Shown: positions 1-10,479, numbered from the stretch's first letter. The stretch: DNA of 64,000 bases from an uncultured Nitrospiraceae bacterium (GCA_963705105.1 CAVPIW010000006.1:576001-640000), one strand, 5' to 3'. Program-made: numbers and translations. Notes: generated by a model from the letters alone, not told the origin.

Positions 1-599
1 GCGGAACGGCTCACCTGCATCACCTCCCACACGCGGCTGAACTGACGAATAAAAGATTTGTCCGGCCGCGCCCCGCCGGCCACGGCCGATTCAAGATGGC
101 TCAGACCCTTCGCGAAATAACAGACGAAAGTGGAAAAGCAGGCCGAGCTGAATGAAACGAAGGCCTGCTCCGGCGTCACCCTCCCGTGGGAAACGATGCC
201 GCGGTCCCTGATGATCACCGACTTCCTCTGCGAGAGCGCCGACGAGATATCTTCAGCGGTGAAGGCATGGATGACGGGGATGTCGTGGAAAAACGTCCTC
301 GTCTCGCAGTCTTCCGGGACGATCCGCTCAAGGCCGCCACAGGTGGTCCTCCGCGAGAGGAGATGGCCGCTGTCGCCGCAGAGCTCTGCGATGATCGTCC
401 GGTAGGGCTCCGCGGGTTCGGCAAAGAGAAGGGCATTGATGCTCATTTGGTCGAAGAGTCGGCGAAGTTCCTCCGCTTCGGCAGGCGGCGCCCCCGCCGA
501 GCAGATGTCGGCGTCGAGGGCCATGAGAAAGGCCCCGTCAGTGCGGGCCAGGCCCTGCGCCTCGAGCTTATGCTGATACTTCCTGAGCTGCCCCTGCAT
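1..599 (-). CDS. class II aldolase/adducin-like protein (partial, runs off window start)
   Basis: Manual translation from ATG at 599 (MQGQLRKYQHKLEAQG...PEDCETRTFFHDIPV...HGRVTPEQAFVSFSSACF) stays open toward position 1; overlaps the AOR stop; family call from memory of this motif next to AOR genes. Confidence 0.5.
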   Translation of the reverse strand, partial: MQGQLRKYQHKLEAQGLARTDGAFLMALDADICSAGAPPAEAEELRRLFDQMSINALLFAEPAEPYRTIIAELCGDSGHLLSRRTTCGGLERIVPEDCETRTFFHDIPVIHAFTAEDISSALSQRKSVIIRDRGIVSHGRVTPEQAFVSFSSACFSTFVCYFAKGLSHLESAVAGGARPDKSFIRQFSRVWEVMQVSRS

Positions 600-2295
600 G
601 TCCGTCAAATCCCCGGATGTTGTAATATCTCTCCCGCGCCGCGAGAAAGGATGCCCGGTCAATGGGTGGAATCCTGACGGAGCCGCCGGAGCTGCCTTCT
701 TCCGTAAAAAAACGCCGCGGGAGGTCGTCCTCACGGGCCGTGAACCCATTGGACTCATTCAGCCTCCGCTCGAGTTTCCATATCTCCTCGCCGATTGACA
801 GGAGGGACTGTACATGGTGGTGTCCGCCCGTCACGGCATTGACCGCCTTGGCGTACTCCTCCAGGGATGAGGCGAAAAAGACGAACTTGCAGGCCGTCAG
901 TGAATCGACAACGGCGTTCATGTCTTCGGCGATCCTGATGATTCTCGCCTTGCCCTCGAAGGAAAACCGGTCTGTCGCGACGGGCTTTCGCAGGATCTCG
1001 TGGCTGACGGGATAGGCTCTGAGGTGGCATCCTCCCCTGTTGGACGTCGCATAGGCGAGGGCCATCCCGTAAGCCCCGCGGGGGTCGTAGGCGGGAAGCT
1101 CCAGCCCCTTGACGGTCATGCTCAGGTCTCCCCTGCCCCGGGCCACGGCATAGCGCAGGGAGCCCTCGGCAAGCTCGTCGCCCGTCCCGCTCCTGGAGGC
1201 GATGAGAGGCAGCCATTGCAGGATCTGCGAAGGCTGAAGGCATTTGCCCGTGATCTCACCGTGACATGCGAGTGTCGATGCGGCGCTGATGGTGTCGAGC
1301 CCGAGGTCGTTGCAGAGCCTGTTCGCCGCGACGATGTATGCCGGGTCGCTGCAGCCGTTCAGCGCTCCGAAATGTGAGACCGTCTCGTATTCCGGCATCA
1401 CCTCGCCGCCGGCGCCCCTCTTCTTGCAGAGGATGGGACAGCCTGCGCATCCCGTCCTCTTCGTCATGTACCGCGTCTTCAGACGGTAGCCCGAATAGTC
1501 TGAGGAGTTGGGGAAAAAGGTCTTGCGGAAGTTCTCCGTCGGCTCCATGCGCCGTGCGTGAATGAGGTCAACAAGGGCCGCTGTGCCGAACTCGGCGAGG
1601 CCGAATTCACCGAACACGGCGGGCGAGGCCCTGAGGAGGCGCATGATGTCCCCGCGGGCTTCCTCCAGACCTTCCGGGTCAGCAACGGGAATGCCGCCCG
1701 TCCCCCGCACGCGGATGAGCTTGAGCCGCTTTGCACCCATGACGGCGCCGAGCCCTCCCCTGCCGGCGTTGTAATGGCCGTCGACGACAATGGAGGCGAA
1801 CCGCACGAGACGCTCGCCGGCAGCGCCGATGGCGGCATAGGAATACTCCTTCGGAATCAGTGCTGCGATGTCGGAGAGGTTTTTCCCCTCCAGGGCCGGC
1901 GCTTTTTCGAGAACCACGGTGCCGTCATCGATCGTCAGGACGGACCAGTCATCGGACCTGCCGGTGATGGTGATGAAGTCGAAGCCCGCCCTTTTGAGCT
2001 GCGTGCCGAAACGTCCGCCCACTGAACAGTCGAAGATCGTTCCCGTTAAAGGCGATCTGGACACGACGGCCATGCGTCCCGACGTGGGTGTCGCCGTCCC
2101 GACAAGGGGGCCCGTGGCGAAGACGAGGGGCAAGGCAGGATCGTATGGAGACCTCGTCATGTGGTCCGAGACAAGGGCGACGCCGATCCCCCTGCCTCCA
2201 AGGTACCTGTCACAGAGATCTTTCGGCGTGTCACCGATGACGACGCTGCCCCTTGTCAGGTAAACATGAATGCACTTTCCGACGTAACCGGACAT
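568..2295 (-). CDS. aor: aldehyde:ferredoxin oxidoreductase family (W/Mo, 4Fe-4S)
   Basis: 575 aa; SPLTG, AGRGGLGAVMGAK, CAGCPILC, PEYET, GLDTIS, YDPRG, NRGGCH motifs. Confidence 0.92.
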   Translation of the reverse strand: MSGYVGKCIHVYLTRGSVVIGDTPKDLCDRYLGGRGIGVALVSDHMTRSPYDPALPLVFATGPLVGTATPTSGRMAVVSRSPLTGTIFDCSVGGRFGTQLKRAGFDFITITGRSDDWSVLTIDDGTVVLEKAPALEGKNLSDIAALIPKEYSYAAIGAAGERLVRFASIVVDGHYNAGRGGLGAVMGAKRLKLIRVRGTGGIPVADPEGLEEARGDIMRLLRASPAVFGEFGLAEFGTAALVDLIHARRMEPTENFRKTFFPNSSDYSGYRLKTRYMTKRTGCAGCPILCKKRGAGGEVMPEYETVSHFGALNGCSDPAYIVAANRLCNDLGLDTISAASTLACHGEITGKCLQPSQILQWLPLIASRSGTGDELAEGSLRYAVARGRGDLSMTVKGLELPAYDPRGAYGMALAYATSNRGGCHLRAYPVSHEILRKPVATDRFSFEGKARIIRIAEDMNAVVDSLTACKFVFFASSLEEYAKAVNAVTGGHHHVQSLLSIGEEIWKLERRLNESNGFTAREDDLPRRFFTEEGSSGGSVRIPPIDRASFLAARERYYNIRGFDGHAGAAQEVSA

Positions 2296-2470
2296 GATCG
2301 TATTCTACCATTGAACCGTCGCTGCCTTCCCATGCGACAATGTCAGTGTCGGTGGGATGAAGCTCCAAATCTCCAAACACTCAAGATATTCTCGCGCAAA
2401 GCCGCCCAGCGCGCAAATAAAGACCTTAACAGCATCAGTGACAGCATGAAAGGGGAGTCGTCCCGGTCAT

Positions 2471-2496
2471 CGGGCCGTTCGGGGAACGGCCCCTGC
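2471..2496 (-). repeat. GTAG-type REP-like palindrome
   Basis: Reverse complement GCAGGGGCCGTTCCCCGAACGGCCCG matches 27787-27812 and resembles 62743-62771. Confidence 0.6.
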
Positions 2497-2624
2497 AGTC
2501 TCTCGATTTCATCCCTTGTGTCACCAACCATTGCACGTACGCGGTGGTCTTGCGTTTCACCAAGGTCGCCGCTGCCCGCACGGGCGCTGCAAATATCGCG
2601 TGATCACTGTACAATATATGTGCC

Positions 2625-3257
2625 ATGCTCGAGTGGACCGAGTATATCAAAATCTTCACCACCCTCGTTGCGATAGTGAACCCTCTCGGGGCGATTCCTA
2701 TCTTCATCAGTCTCACGGGAAACCTGGCAACGCACCAACGCAAAAGCATCATCAATACTGCGAGCATAACCGTATGCGTGGTCCTGATAGTGGCTGCTCT
2801 CCTGGGCAAGCTTTTGCTCACTTTTTTCGGCATCAGCATCGCGTCGTTCAAGGTAGGAGGCGGTATCCTCCTGCTGCTCATGGCTATCTCGATGATGCAG
2901 GCCAAATACACGCAGACAAAACAGACCCCTGAAGAGGAGGCTGAAGCAGAGGAAAAAGAGAGCATCGGCGTGGTGCCGATCGCCATGCCGCTGCTCTCGG
3001 GGCCGGGCGCCATATCCACCGTCATCATCTATGCCGATGCCTCTGCCCACGCCTTCCACGTCGCCCTCATGATCGTAAGCAGTCTCCTGGTGGCGCTGTT
3101 GACCTGGATTGCATTGAATCTCGCCAGCCCGGTCAGAAACATGCTCAGTAAGACCGGAATCAACATCGCAACCCGTCTTATGGGACTGCTCCTGGCTGCC
3201 ATAGCTGTGGAATTTATTGCCGGGGGACTGACGGTGCTCCTTCCCGGACTGAAATAG
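2625..3257 (+). CDS. MarC family membrane protein
   Basis: IVNPLGAIPIF, FKVGGGILL, VVPIAMPLLSGPGAIST, RLMGLLLAAIAV. Confidence 0.92.
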   Translation: MLEWTEYIKIFTTLVAIVNPLGAIPIFISLTGNLATHQRKSIINTASITVCVVLIVAALLGKLLLTFFGISIASFKVGGGILLLLMAISMMQAKYTQTKQTPEEEAEAEEKESIGVVPIAMPLLSGPGAISTVIIYADASAHAFHVALMIVSSLLVALLTWIALNLASPVRNMLSKTGINIATRLMGLLLAAIAVEFIAGGLTVLLPGLK

Positions 3258-3275
3258 AAAGGAGGCGGTCTCTGT

Positions 3276-3953
3276 ATGCCTGCAGATGTGCCATTACATC
3301 GTCTCAGCGAGCTGCTGAAGAGTATGACCGTCTATGACATCTCCGTCCTTCTCGGCGGCGAATCGGTCGGCTATCCGGGCGACATGCCCTATGGCAGGAC
3401 CGTCACGTCCTTCATCGGTCAGCCGGGCACGTACGAGCTCTCCCATCTCGTCCTCAGTGCCCACGGGGGCACACACATCGATGTGCCGGCCCATTTCGTC
3501 CGCAACGGCAGGAGGATCGACGACTATGAACCGGGTGAGTTCATCTTCCCCGCCGTCGTCGTGCAGACAGAAACCTTTCCGTCCATCGTTGTGGATGACC
3601 TGGCAGTGATCAATCTGCAGGAGGGAGACGCCGTCCTCTTCAAGACCCGCAACTCCACGAGCGGACTGATTGAGAGCGGACAGTTCAGGGAAGACTTTGT
3701 TGCTCTTTCAGAGGAGGCGGCCCGGTTCCTCGCGGCCAGGCGGATCGGGTTGGTCGGTATTGACTATGTCTCGATCGAACGGCCTGACAGCAAGTCTTTC
3801 CCCGTGCACAGATCGCTGCTCGAAAACGACATCCTCATCCTCGAAAGCATCACCCTCCGGATCGTCCCGCCGGGCCGGTACACCCTCATCTGCCTTCCGC
3901 TGAAGATCAGGGACGGCGAGGCATCGCCGGTGCGTGCCATCCTCATCGGATAG
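3276..3953 (+). CDS. cyclase / kynurenine formamidase family metal hydrolase
   Basis: HGGTHIDVPAH, GIDYVS, H..LL...ILILE, DGEASPVRA. Confidence 0.88.
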   Translation: MPADVPLHRLSELLKSMTVYDISVLLGGESVGYPGDMPYGRTVTSFIGQPGTYELSHLVLSAHGGTHIDVPAHFVRNGRRIDDYEPGEFIFPAVVVQTETFPSIVVDDLAVINLQEGDAVLFKTRNSTSGLIESGQFREDFVALSEEAARFLAARRIGLVGIDYVSIERPDSKSFPVHRSLLENDILILESITLRIVPPGRYTLICLPLKIRDGEASPVRAILIG

Positions 3954-3954
3954 A

Positions 3955-4626
3955 TTACCGGTTCCTGCGGTCCAGGGACCAGTCGAGCGGATTGATCAGG
4001 GTGAATCCGAGGCTTTCGAGTTTCTTCTTCACCTTTGTCACGTTGTTGCTCAACAGATAGGTGAAGACGGCGCGCTTTCCCCCGTCCCAGCGGCGGGCCA
4101 CGAGGATGCTCCCGAAGGGAATCCCCTCCTCGGTGATGGCATCGACGATCTTTTTGGTCTGTCCCTGCTTGTCCTCCGCGAGGATGCCGAGGAGCTTGCC
4201 GGGTTCTTCGATATTGAGCACGTTGATAAACGCGCGCAGGAGATCACGGACCGACAGCATGCCCACCAGCTTGCCGTCCCGGTCCACGACGGGAAAGGCG
4301 CCGACGCGGATCTTCTGCGTGATCAGGAGGGCGTCCTGAATGGTGTCCGTCTCGTTCAGGGTGATGACATTCCTCGCCATGATGTCTTTCACCTTCAGTT
4401 TCCCGAAGCTCTCATGGGCCTTTGCATAATCCTCGCTCGTCAGGAACGATGAGGGGAGAGCGCTCCTCACATCCCGGTCCGTCACGATGCCGACGAGGTA
4501 GTTCTCACCATCCACCACCGGGAGATGCCGGATCTTGTTCTTTTCCATCTTTTCCCTGGCTTCCGTGAGACTGGCTTCCTCACCGATGGTTATGACGTTC
4601 GTCGTCATGGACTTATCGATAAACAT
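3955..4626 (-). CDS. CBS-pair + ACT domain protein (AcuB-like)
   Basis: IRHLPVVD...GIVTDRD and second CBS repeat; C-terminal ACT-like region. Confidence 0.85.
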   Translation of the reverse strand: MFIDKSMTTNVITIGEEASLTEAREKMEKNKIRHLPVVDGENYLVGIVTDRDVRSALPSSFLTSEDYAKAHESFGKLKVKDIMARNVITLNETDTIQDALLITQKIRVGAFPVVDRDGKLVGMLSVRDLLRAFINVLNIEEPGKLLGILAEDKQGQTKKIVDAITEEGIPFGSILVARRWDGGKRAVFTYLLSNNVTKVKKKLESLGFTLINPLDWSLDRRNR

Positions 4627-4703
4627 AATCTCCTCCGTGGTCTGTTGGTGATTACAGGTCTGCCTTTCAGTTGCATGGAGAGGGTGTAGTGCAACGATGA
4701 GGT

Positions 4704-5678
4704 CTATACGCCGAGAAGGATCGCCACATGGTTCCTGATGAGTTCCGGCAGACGCTCAAGGCAGTAGCCGCCCTCCAGCACCGACACGAGCCGTCCTCCC
4801 GCATACCTCTCGGCCATCCCGACGATCCTTGTCATGATCCAGGAAAAGCACTCCGGCGAGAGGCGGATGCTTGACATATCATCTTCCGCAATAGCGTCGA
4901 AGCCGGCAGACACGAGCATGACCTGGGGCTTGAAATCGGCGAAGGCGGGAAAGAGATCGCGCTCCAGGAGCGTCCTGTATTCGTCATCCCCCTTGCAGGG
5001 GAGCACCGGCGTATTAAGGGTATAGCCGAGACCGGCGCCGGCGCCCTTCTCATGTTCCCGGCCCGTGCCGGGATAGGCGAAGGTGGGGTGCTCGTGTATG
5101 GAATAGAAGAACACCCCCGGGTCTTCCTCGAAGATGTGCTGCGTTCCGTTGCCGTGGTGGACATCGAAATCGATGATGCCGATCCTCTCTATGCCCCAGG
5201 TGCTCTGGATATATCGCGCCGCAATGGCTACGTTGTTGAAGTAACAGAATCCGAGGGCCTTCATCACCTCGGCGTGATGGCCCGGCGGTCGCACGGCGCA
5301 AAAAGCGTTGTCAAGTTCGCCTTCCATCACCAGCGTCACGGTGTTGACAATGCCGCCCACGGCGAGAAGCGCCGCCTCGAAGGTGTCGTAGCAGATCTGG
5401 TTGTCGGGGTGATCGAAATATTCCTTTTCCGAGAGGCAGGCCTCCTCAAAGCGATCGATATAATGGGGCGGGTGAACGGCCTCGATCCACGCGCGCTTCG
5501 CCCGTTTCGCTTTTATCACGCGGAGGTGGGGAAGGAGACCGCCCTCCTCGATGCCGCGGTATGCGGCGAGCAGGCGATCGGGAAGTTCCGGGTGATCGCG
5601 ATCGACGCGGTGCAGGAGAAACCGTTCGTCATAAAGCAGGCCTGTTCTTCTCAAATTCCGTGACCTCAGAAAACGCAT
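4704..5678 (-). CDS. histone deacetylase family protein (AcuC-like)
   Basis: HPE, RPPGHHA, GFCYFNN, DFDVHHGNGT, SAGFD, LEGGY; start moved to ATG 5678. Confidence 0.92.
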   Translation of the reverse strand: MRFLRSRNLRRTGLLYDERFLLHRVDRDHPELPDRLLAAYRGIEEGGLLPHLRVIKAKRAKRAWIEAVHPPHYIDRFEEACLSEKEYFDHPDNQICYDTFEAALLAVGGIVNTVTLVMEGELDNAFCAVRPPGHHAEVMKALGFCYFNNVAIAARYIQSTWGIERIGIIDFDVHHGNGTQHIFEEDPGVFFYSIHEHPTFAYPGTGREHEKGAGAGLGYTLNTPVLPCKGDDEYRTLLERDLFPAFADFKPQVMLVSAGFDAIAEDDMSSIRLSPECFSWIMTRIVGMAERYAGGRLVSVLEGGYCLERLPELIRNHVAILLGV

Positions 5679-5784
5679 GTGAGTTAGTGTCAGATGAATA
5701 ATACATCTTCTCAACGGACAATTTCAAAAAGGACAAATAGGGCGTGCATAAGGGCTCCGGTGTCTGGTACGATAAAAACGTGGC

Positions 5785-7167
5785 ATGAGCAATATCATGA
5801 TGAATAGGCGTCTCAGGATCTTCTTCTCCGGCATCGGCGGCAGCGGCATGTCCGCCCTTGCGACGTTCATGTCCGGCAGGGGCAGCGAGATCGTCGGCTC
5901 CGACAGGGCCTTTGACAGGAACCCCCGTCATCCCGTTCACCAGGTCCTCCTGTCACGGGGCATAAAAATCGTGCCGCAGGACGGCAGGGGGCTCGACGGG
6001 TCCTTCGACATCGCAGTCTTCAGCACCGCCGTGGAAGGTGATCAGCCCGAGGCGGTCAGGGCGCGGTCACTGGGCCTGACCGTCATGACGAGACCGCAAT
6101 TCCTCGCCGGGATCGTCTCATCCCTCAGCACCATCGCCGTGGCAGGCACGAGCGGCAAGTCGACCACATCGGGCATGCTCGCCTTTCTCATGAGAGAGCT
6201 CTGCCTCGACCCGAGCTTCATAGGCGGCGGACGGGTCAAAGACTTCAGAACCGAACACAACCCGGGCAACGCCATCACCGGCACGTCGGACCATCTCGTC
6301 ATCGAGGCCTGCGAGTCCGACGGTACCATCGTCGACTATCACCCCGTCCGGACCATCATCCTCAACCTCGATCTCGACCACCACAGCATCGGGGACACAT
6401 CGGGGATGTTCAGGATGCTCATGGACAACACGAAGGGATTGATCATCGCGAATGGCGATGACAGAAATCTCAGGGAGATCGTTCCGGGAAATGCAGTAAC
6501 TTTTTCTCTTGACGCGCCGTCGGATTACAGGGTGGACAATATCCATCTGCTTCCACTCGGGAGCGCATTTTCCGCCAGAGGGGTGCCGTTGCGGCTCAAT
6601 CTCCCCGGCCGCTACAATATTTCAAATGCTGCCGCATGCATCGCCCTGCTGTCCGAGTTGGGAATACCGGTTCGGGACATAGCCCCTGCCCTTGAAAGAT
6701 TCCAGGGCATCGAGAGGCGCTTCGACATCCACCGCGACGACGCAGAGGGTCTCGTCATCGACGATTACGCTCACAATCCCCACAAGATCGCGGCCCTCAT
6801 GGAGGCCGTCAAGCCGCTCAGGGAGAGGATCTGCTACATCTTTCAGCCCCACGGGTTCGGCCCGACGCGCATGATGAAAAACGAATACATCGCGGCATTC
6901 GCCGATAACCTGCGTGACGGTGACCACCTCGTCGTCCTGCCGATTTTTTATGAGGGAGGGACAGTTGTGAGGGACATCTCCGGCAGGGACATCAGCGATG
7001 GGGTAGCTGCCCGGGGAAAGTCAGCCGAGGCAGTCACAGGGAGAGAGGAGATGCTCGGCAAAGTCAGCGGCTGGGACGGCTATGTCGTGCTCGGCGCCCG
7101 GGACGAGACGCTCTCCGATTTCGCCCGTCAGATCGCCCAAAGAGTCACGCCGCTTCGGAGGGGATGA
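5785..7167 (+). CDS. MurC-like Mur ligase
   Basis: GIGGSGMSALA, AGTSGKSTT, EACESDG, DHH, DDYAHNP, FQPH; stand-alone, not in a dcw cluster. Confidence 0.85.
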   Translation: MSNIMMNRRLRIFFSGIGGSGMSALATFMSGRGSEIVGSDRAFDRNPRHPVHQVLLSRGIKIVPQDGRGLDGSFDIAVFSTAVEGDQPEAVRARSLGLTVMTRPQFLAGIVSSLSTIAVAGTSGKSTTSGMLAFLMRELCLDPSFIGGGRVKDFRTEHNPGNAITGTSDHLVIEACESDGTIVDYHPVRTIILNLDLDHHSIGDTSGMFRMLMDNTKGLIIANGDDRNLREIVPGNAVTFSLDAPSDYRVDNIHLLPLGSAFSARGVPLRLNLPGRYNISNAAACIALLSELGIPVRDIAPALERFQGIERRFDIHRDDAEGLVIDDYAHNPHKIAALMEAVKPLRERICYIFQPHGFGPTRMMKNEYIAAFADNLRDGDHLVVLPIFYEGGTVVRDISGRDISDGVAARGKSAEAVTGREEMLGKVSGWDGYVVLGARDETLSDFARQIAQRVTPLRRG

Positions 7168-8410
7168 CCTTCAGTCCCCCCAGCATGGAGATGAATTCCC
7201 GGAGGAGATGCCGGTCGTATTCTCCGTTCTCCTGGAGTATCCTGGCCAGGGCATAGAAGGGTTTCATCGCCTTCCGGTAAGGACGATTGGTGGTGAGGGC
7301 ATCATAGCAGTCGACGATGCCCGTAATCCTCCCGAACAGGGACACGTCCCTACCTGAAAGACCCGCAGGATACCCTTTCCCGCTCAACTTCTCATGGTGC
7401 TCGACGACGGCGGAAACCGCCTCTCTCGGAATCCCTGGCTGGGACCGGACGATCTTTTCTCCCTCCGGCACGTGCTGTTGCATGACCTGGTACTCCCGGT
7501 TAGTGAGCCTGCCCATCTTGTTGAGAATCTCGTGGGGTATCGTCTTCTTGCCCACATCATGAAGAAGCGCGCCGATACCGAGCCGCTCGACATCATCCCT
7601 CGGCAGGCTGACGGCGACGCCGAGGCCGATGGCAAGGACTGCAACGTTGACCGAGTGGGCGTACGTGTATGAGTCGAAACTGTTGAGCGACAGGAGATCA
7701 TACATGACGTTCCTGTTGTCGAGAATGCCGTCGATCATCACGTTCACGGCGTCAACGGAAGTGCGCACCTTTTCATCGGTGATTGCGTTGTCGAGGAGAT
7801 CTTTCACAAGGATTTTCGAGTTCTCCTTCAGCGCGATGACCTGTGTCCGTTTCCTGTTCCTTCCGTCGGCGCCGGCCTGCATGAGGCCGCTGAGAAAATC
7901 CCTGTAGAGATCCACGTCGGTCTTATTTATGCAGAAGTCTCCCTCGACGGAAAGCACCGCATCCTCGACGGTTACCGGATGATGCTCAGTCGCCGTGAGC
8001 AGAGTTTCGCAGGAGTAGTCCTTCAGGACGTGAATGCTGAAGGGAACGGACAGCCCGGGCCTGAGAATTGACCGCTCTATCTGGAAGTACTGCTCTTTCT
8101 GATCGGTATAGCGGCTGAACGATTCCTGGGCCTCGACTGCCGGGGACTTGCGGACCCGGGGGGCGGAGGGAGGAGTTTCCAGGGAATGAGCGTCGCTCTT
8201 CCTGAGGAAGACTTCGGTGATCTTCCGTTCTCTCAGGACATCCCTCTCGTTTTCCGTCAGCCTGCCGCCGGCCTCCAAAAAACAGACAAAGGCAAGCCCG
8301 TCTTTTACATAAACCGGACAGGAAAGGGTCGAATCTTTGGGTACCTTGTCGACGTCGACGGGAACAAGCGGCTCCGCCGTCTCGATCTGCCGCCGTATGA
8401 TCATACTCAT
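7145..8410 (-). CDS. HD-GYP domain protein (c-di-GMP phosphodiesterase family)
   Basis: HSVNV, LLHDVGK, HHEKLSGKGYP, YDALTTNRPY. Confidence 0.9.
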   Translation of the reverse strand: MSMIIRRQIETAEPLVPVDVDKVPKDSTLSCPVYVKDGLAFVCFLEAGGRLTENERDVLRERKITEVFLRKSDAHSLETPPSAPRVRKSPAVEAQESFSRYTDQKEQYFQIERSILRPGLSVPFSIHVLKDYSCETLLTATEHHPVTVEDAVLSVEGDFCINKTDVDLYRDFLSGLMQAGADGRNRKRTQVIALKENSKILVKDLLDNAITDEKVRTSVDAVNVMIDGILDNRNVMYDLLSLNSFDSYTYAHSVNVAVLAIGLGVAVSLPRDDVERLGIGALLHDVGKKTIPHEILNKMGRLTNREYQVMQQHVPEGEKIVRSQPGIPREAVSAVVEHHEKLSGKGYPAGLSGRDVSLFGRITGIVDCYDALTTNRPYRKAMKPFYALARILQENGEYDRHLLREFISMLGGLKVIPSEAA

Positions 8411-8480
8411 CTTATCGGCGAAACCCGATGATGTCTCACCGGACGGCCGGAGATATCCCGGTGCTGCGGCTACACACCTG

Positions 8481-8536
8481 ACCTTGCAGTTGCGGGGCGA
8501 AGCGCCTCAAAGCCTTGCTGAAGGCGGCAATAAGGT
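8481..8536. repeat. short copy of dispersed repeat family A
   Basis: ACCTTGCAGTTGC...GCAATAAGGT ends; interior is the reverse complement of GCCTTCAGCAAGGCTTTGAGGCGCTTCGCCCCGC at 59421. Confidence 0.7.
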
Positions 8537-8621
8537 TGATGCAACTATTTCCATATCAACCAAAAAGATTCGATCCGTGAATTGTGTCGGACCCCGGCAA
8601 TGACTGGATGATCGAGGAATT

Positions 8622-9035
8622 CTACAGGATTTCCAGGGCTGAGAAGAAGTACGGTATCTCAAAAGCTGCGGACTCGGGCGAGTCGGAGCCGTGGACGACG
8701 TTCCGCTCCACATTCTCGGCGAAGTCCTTCCTGATCGTGCCCGGCGCAGCATTGGCGGGGTTCGTCGCGCCCATGATGTCGCGCACCTTTGAAATGGCCT
8801 GATCCCCCTCGATGACCATGACGACGATGGGTCCCTCGGACATGAAATCAGTCAGGCTGTCATAGAAAGGCCTCTCCTTATGGACGATGTAGAATCCCTG
8901 CGCCTCTTCCTTCGAAAGGGCTATCTTCCTGAGAGCCGCTATGCGCAGCCCCTGTTTCTCAAAGCGGCTGATGACCTCGCCGATGACATTCTTCTTGACG
9001 CCGTCGGGCTTGATGATCGAAAGCGTTCTCTCCAT
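8622..9035 (-). CDS. ndk: nucleoside diphosphate kinase
   Basis: [28 protein letters not shown]. Confidence 0.97.
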   Translation of the reverse strand: MERTLSIIKPDGVKKNVIGEVISRFEKQGLRIAALRKIALSKEEAQGFYIVHKERPFYDSLTDFMSEGPIVVMVIEGDQAISKVRDIMGATNPANAAPGTIRKDFAENVERNVVHGSDSPESAAFEIPYFFSALEIL

Positions 9036-9073
9036 TCCGTTCTCCTTGTATAACAGATATTTTTAGACTATTG

Positions 9074-9204
9074 TTGCAGACGCCCCCCCGGAAAGGCGGG
9101 GCTGGGGTGAATGCGCCGCAAACCTTGATGCGGCGACACCATAACAGTCACAAAAGACAACATTATTAGTCAACAGCTGACACTCACACTCTCACTCACA
9201 CTGA
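9074..9204. repeat. dispersed repeat family A (left arm + GACACT/CACACT tract)
   Basis: CGGAAAGGCGGGGCTGGGGTGAATGCGCCGCAAACCTTGATGCGGCGACACC shared with 20648, 21299 and 24410. Confidence 0.8.
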
Positions 9205-10131
9205 TTATATATTGATGATGCCGCAGAGCTCCCTGACCGCCGCAACAGACTTCGCAAAATCCTGCCGCTCCTGCTCGTTCAGGTTCAGCTCGACGATCCT
9301 CTGCAGGCCGCCCTCGCCGAGGATCACGGGTACGCCTGTGTACACGTCCTTTACCCCGTACTCGCCGTCCAGGTAGGCTGAGCAGGGCAGCATCCGCCGC
9401 TCGTCCAGGAGAATGGCCTTAACCATCTGGAACGTCGAGGCTGCCGGCGCATAGTAGGCGCTGCCCGTCTTCAGCAGGGCGACGATCTCTGCGCCGCCGC
9501 TTTTCGTCCTTGTGACAAGCGCATCGATCCGGTCCTTGCTCAGCAGTTCCGTGATGGGGACTCCTTTGACGGTCGTGAACCGGGGCAGCGGGGTCATGAG
9601 ATCACCGTGCCCCCCGAGAACGAGGGCCTCCACGTCCTCGGGCGAAACTCCGCATTCCCATGCTACGAAAGTCCTGAATCGCGCCGAGTCGAGGACTCCG
9701 CCCATCCCGAGCACCCGTTTCGAATCGAAGCCGGAAACCTTGAAAGTCAACTGGGCCATGACATCCATGGGGTTCGTGACGGCAATGTAGACCGCCTGAG
9801 GCGAGAGCTTCATCGTGTTCTCGACGACACCCGACACGACTTTGGCGTTCGCCATGAGCAGGTCGTCCCTGCTCATGCCGGGCTTCCTGGCCAGACCGGC
9901 GGTGACAACGACGACCGAGGAGCCTGCTGTGGGGCCGTACTCGTTCGTCCCGACGACGGATGAGGCCGACGCCCAGAGGGGACAGGCCTCGGACAGGTCG
10001 AGGGCCTTGCCCTGGGGCATGCCCTCCGCGATATCGTAGAGCACCACATCGGCGATGCCGGACTGTGCGATCATATGGGCGAGGGAAGCACCCACGTTCC
10101 CAGCGCCGACAACGGTAACCTTGTTTTTCAT
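9205..10131 (-). CDS. mdh: malate dehydrogenase (LDH-like type)
   Basis: GAGNVG, GKALD, TAGLARKPGMSRDDL, LDSAR, GGHGD, GSAYYAP. Confidence 0.95.
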   Translation of the reverse strand: MKNKVTVVGAGNVGASLAHMIAQSGIADVVLYDIAEGMPQGKALDLSEACPLWASASSVVGTNEYGPTAGSSVVVVTAGLARKPGMSRDDLLMANAKVVSGVVENTMKLSPQAVYIAVTNPMDVMAQLTFKVSGFDSKRVLGMGGVLDSARFRTFVAWECGVSPEDVEALVLGGHGDLMTPLPRFTTVKGVPITELLSKDRIDALVTRTKSGGAEIVALLKTGSAYYAPAASTFQMVKAILLDERRMLPCSAYLDGEYGVKDVYTGVPVILGEGGLQRIVELNLNEQERQDFAKSVAAVRELCGIINI

Positions 10132-10242
10132 TGTGTTGTCTCCTTATTATTCACTCTTTGCTTTAGATAATACTGCATAAGACACACGACGATCAAGCAG
10201 TTCGGGGAACGGCCTCAACATGTCATTCGCACGACCAACTTT

Positions 10243-10479
10243 CTATCCGCACATGCTGAAAGGGCCCTTGATCTTCACCCGGAGGTGGCCGTCGTCCTCT
10301 TTTTCGACGGTGTAATCGGCCCTGCAGGCCCTGATGTAGATCTCGAACTTCCTGAGGTCTTCCTTGTCGTCATCGATCAGCACGTCGACATCGACAAAGA
10401 CGCTGCAGAGTCCTTCAAGATGGCGCTTGAACTCCCTGATGTGCTCCGGGTTCTTCAGTCCCCGCGCGTCGATGAGCAT
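10243..10479 (-). CDS. TusA/SirA-like small protein
   Basis: 78 aa, IDARGLKNP (TusA DxRGLxCP with C->N); RBS AGGGGGG upstream. Confidence 0.6.
   Translation of the reverse strand: MLIDARGLKNPEHIREFKRHLEGLCSVFVDVDVLIDDDKEDLRKFEIYIRACRADYTVEKEDDGHLRVKIKGPFSMCG

Noticed and set aside
8411..8470. Possible c-di-GMP riboswitch upstream of the HD-GYP gene
   Set aside because: Only a small hairpin; GEMM consensus not recognisable and the adjacent sequence is a repeat copy
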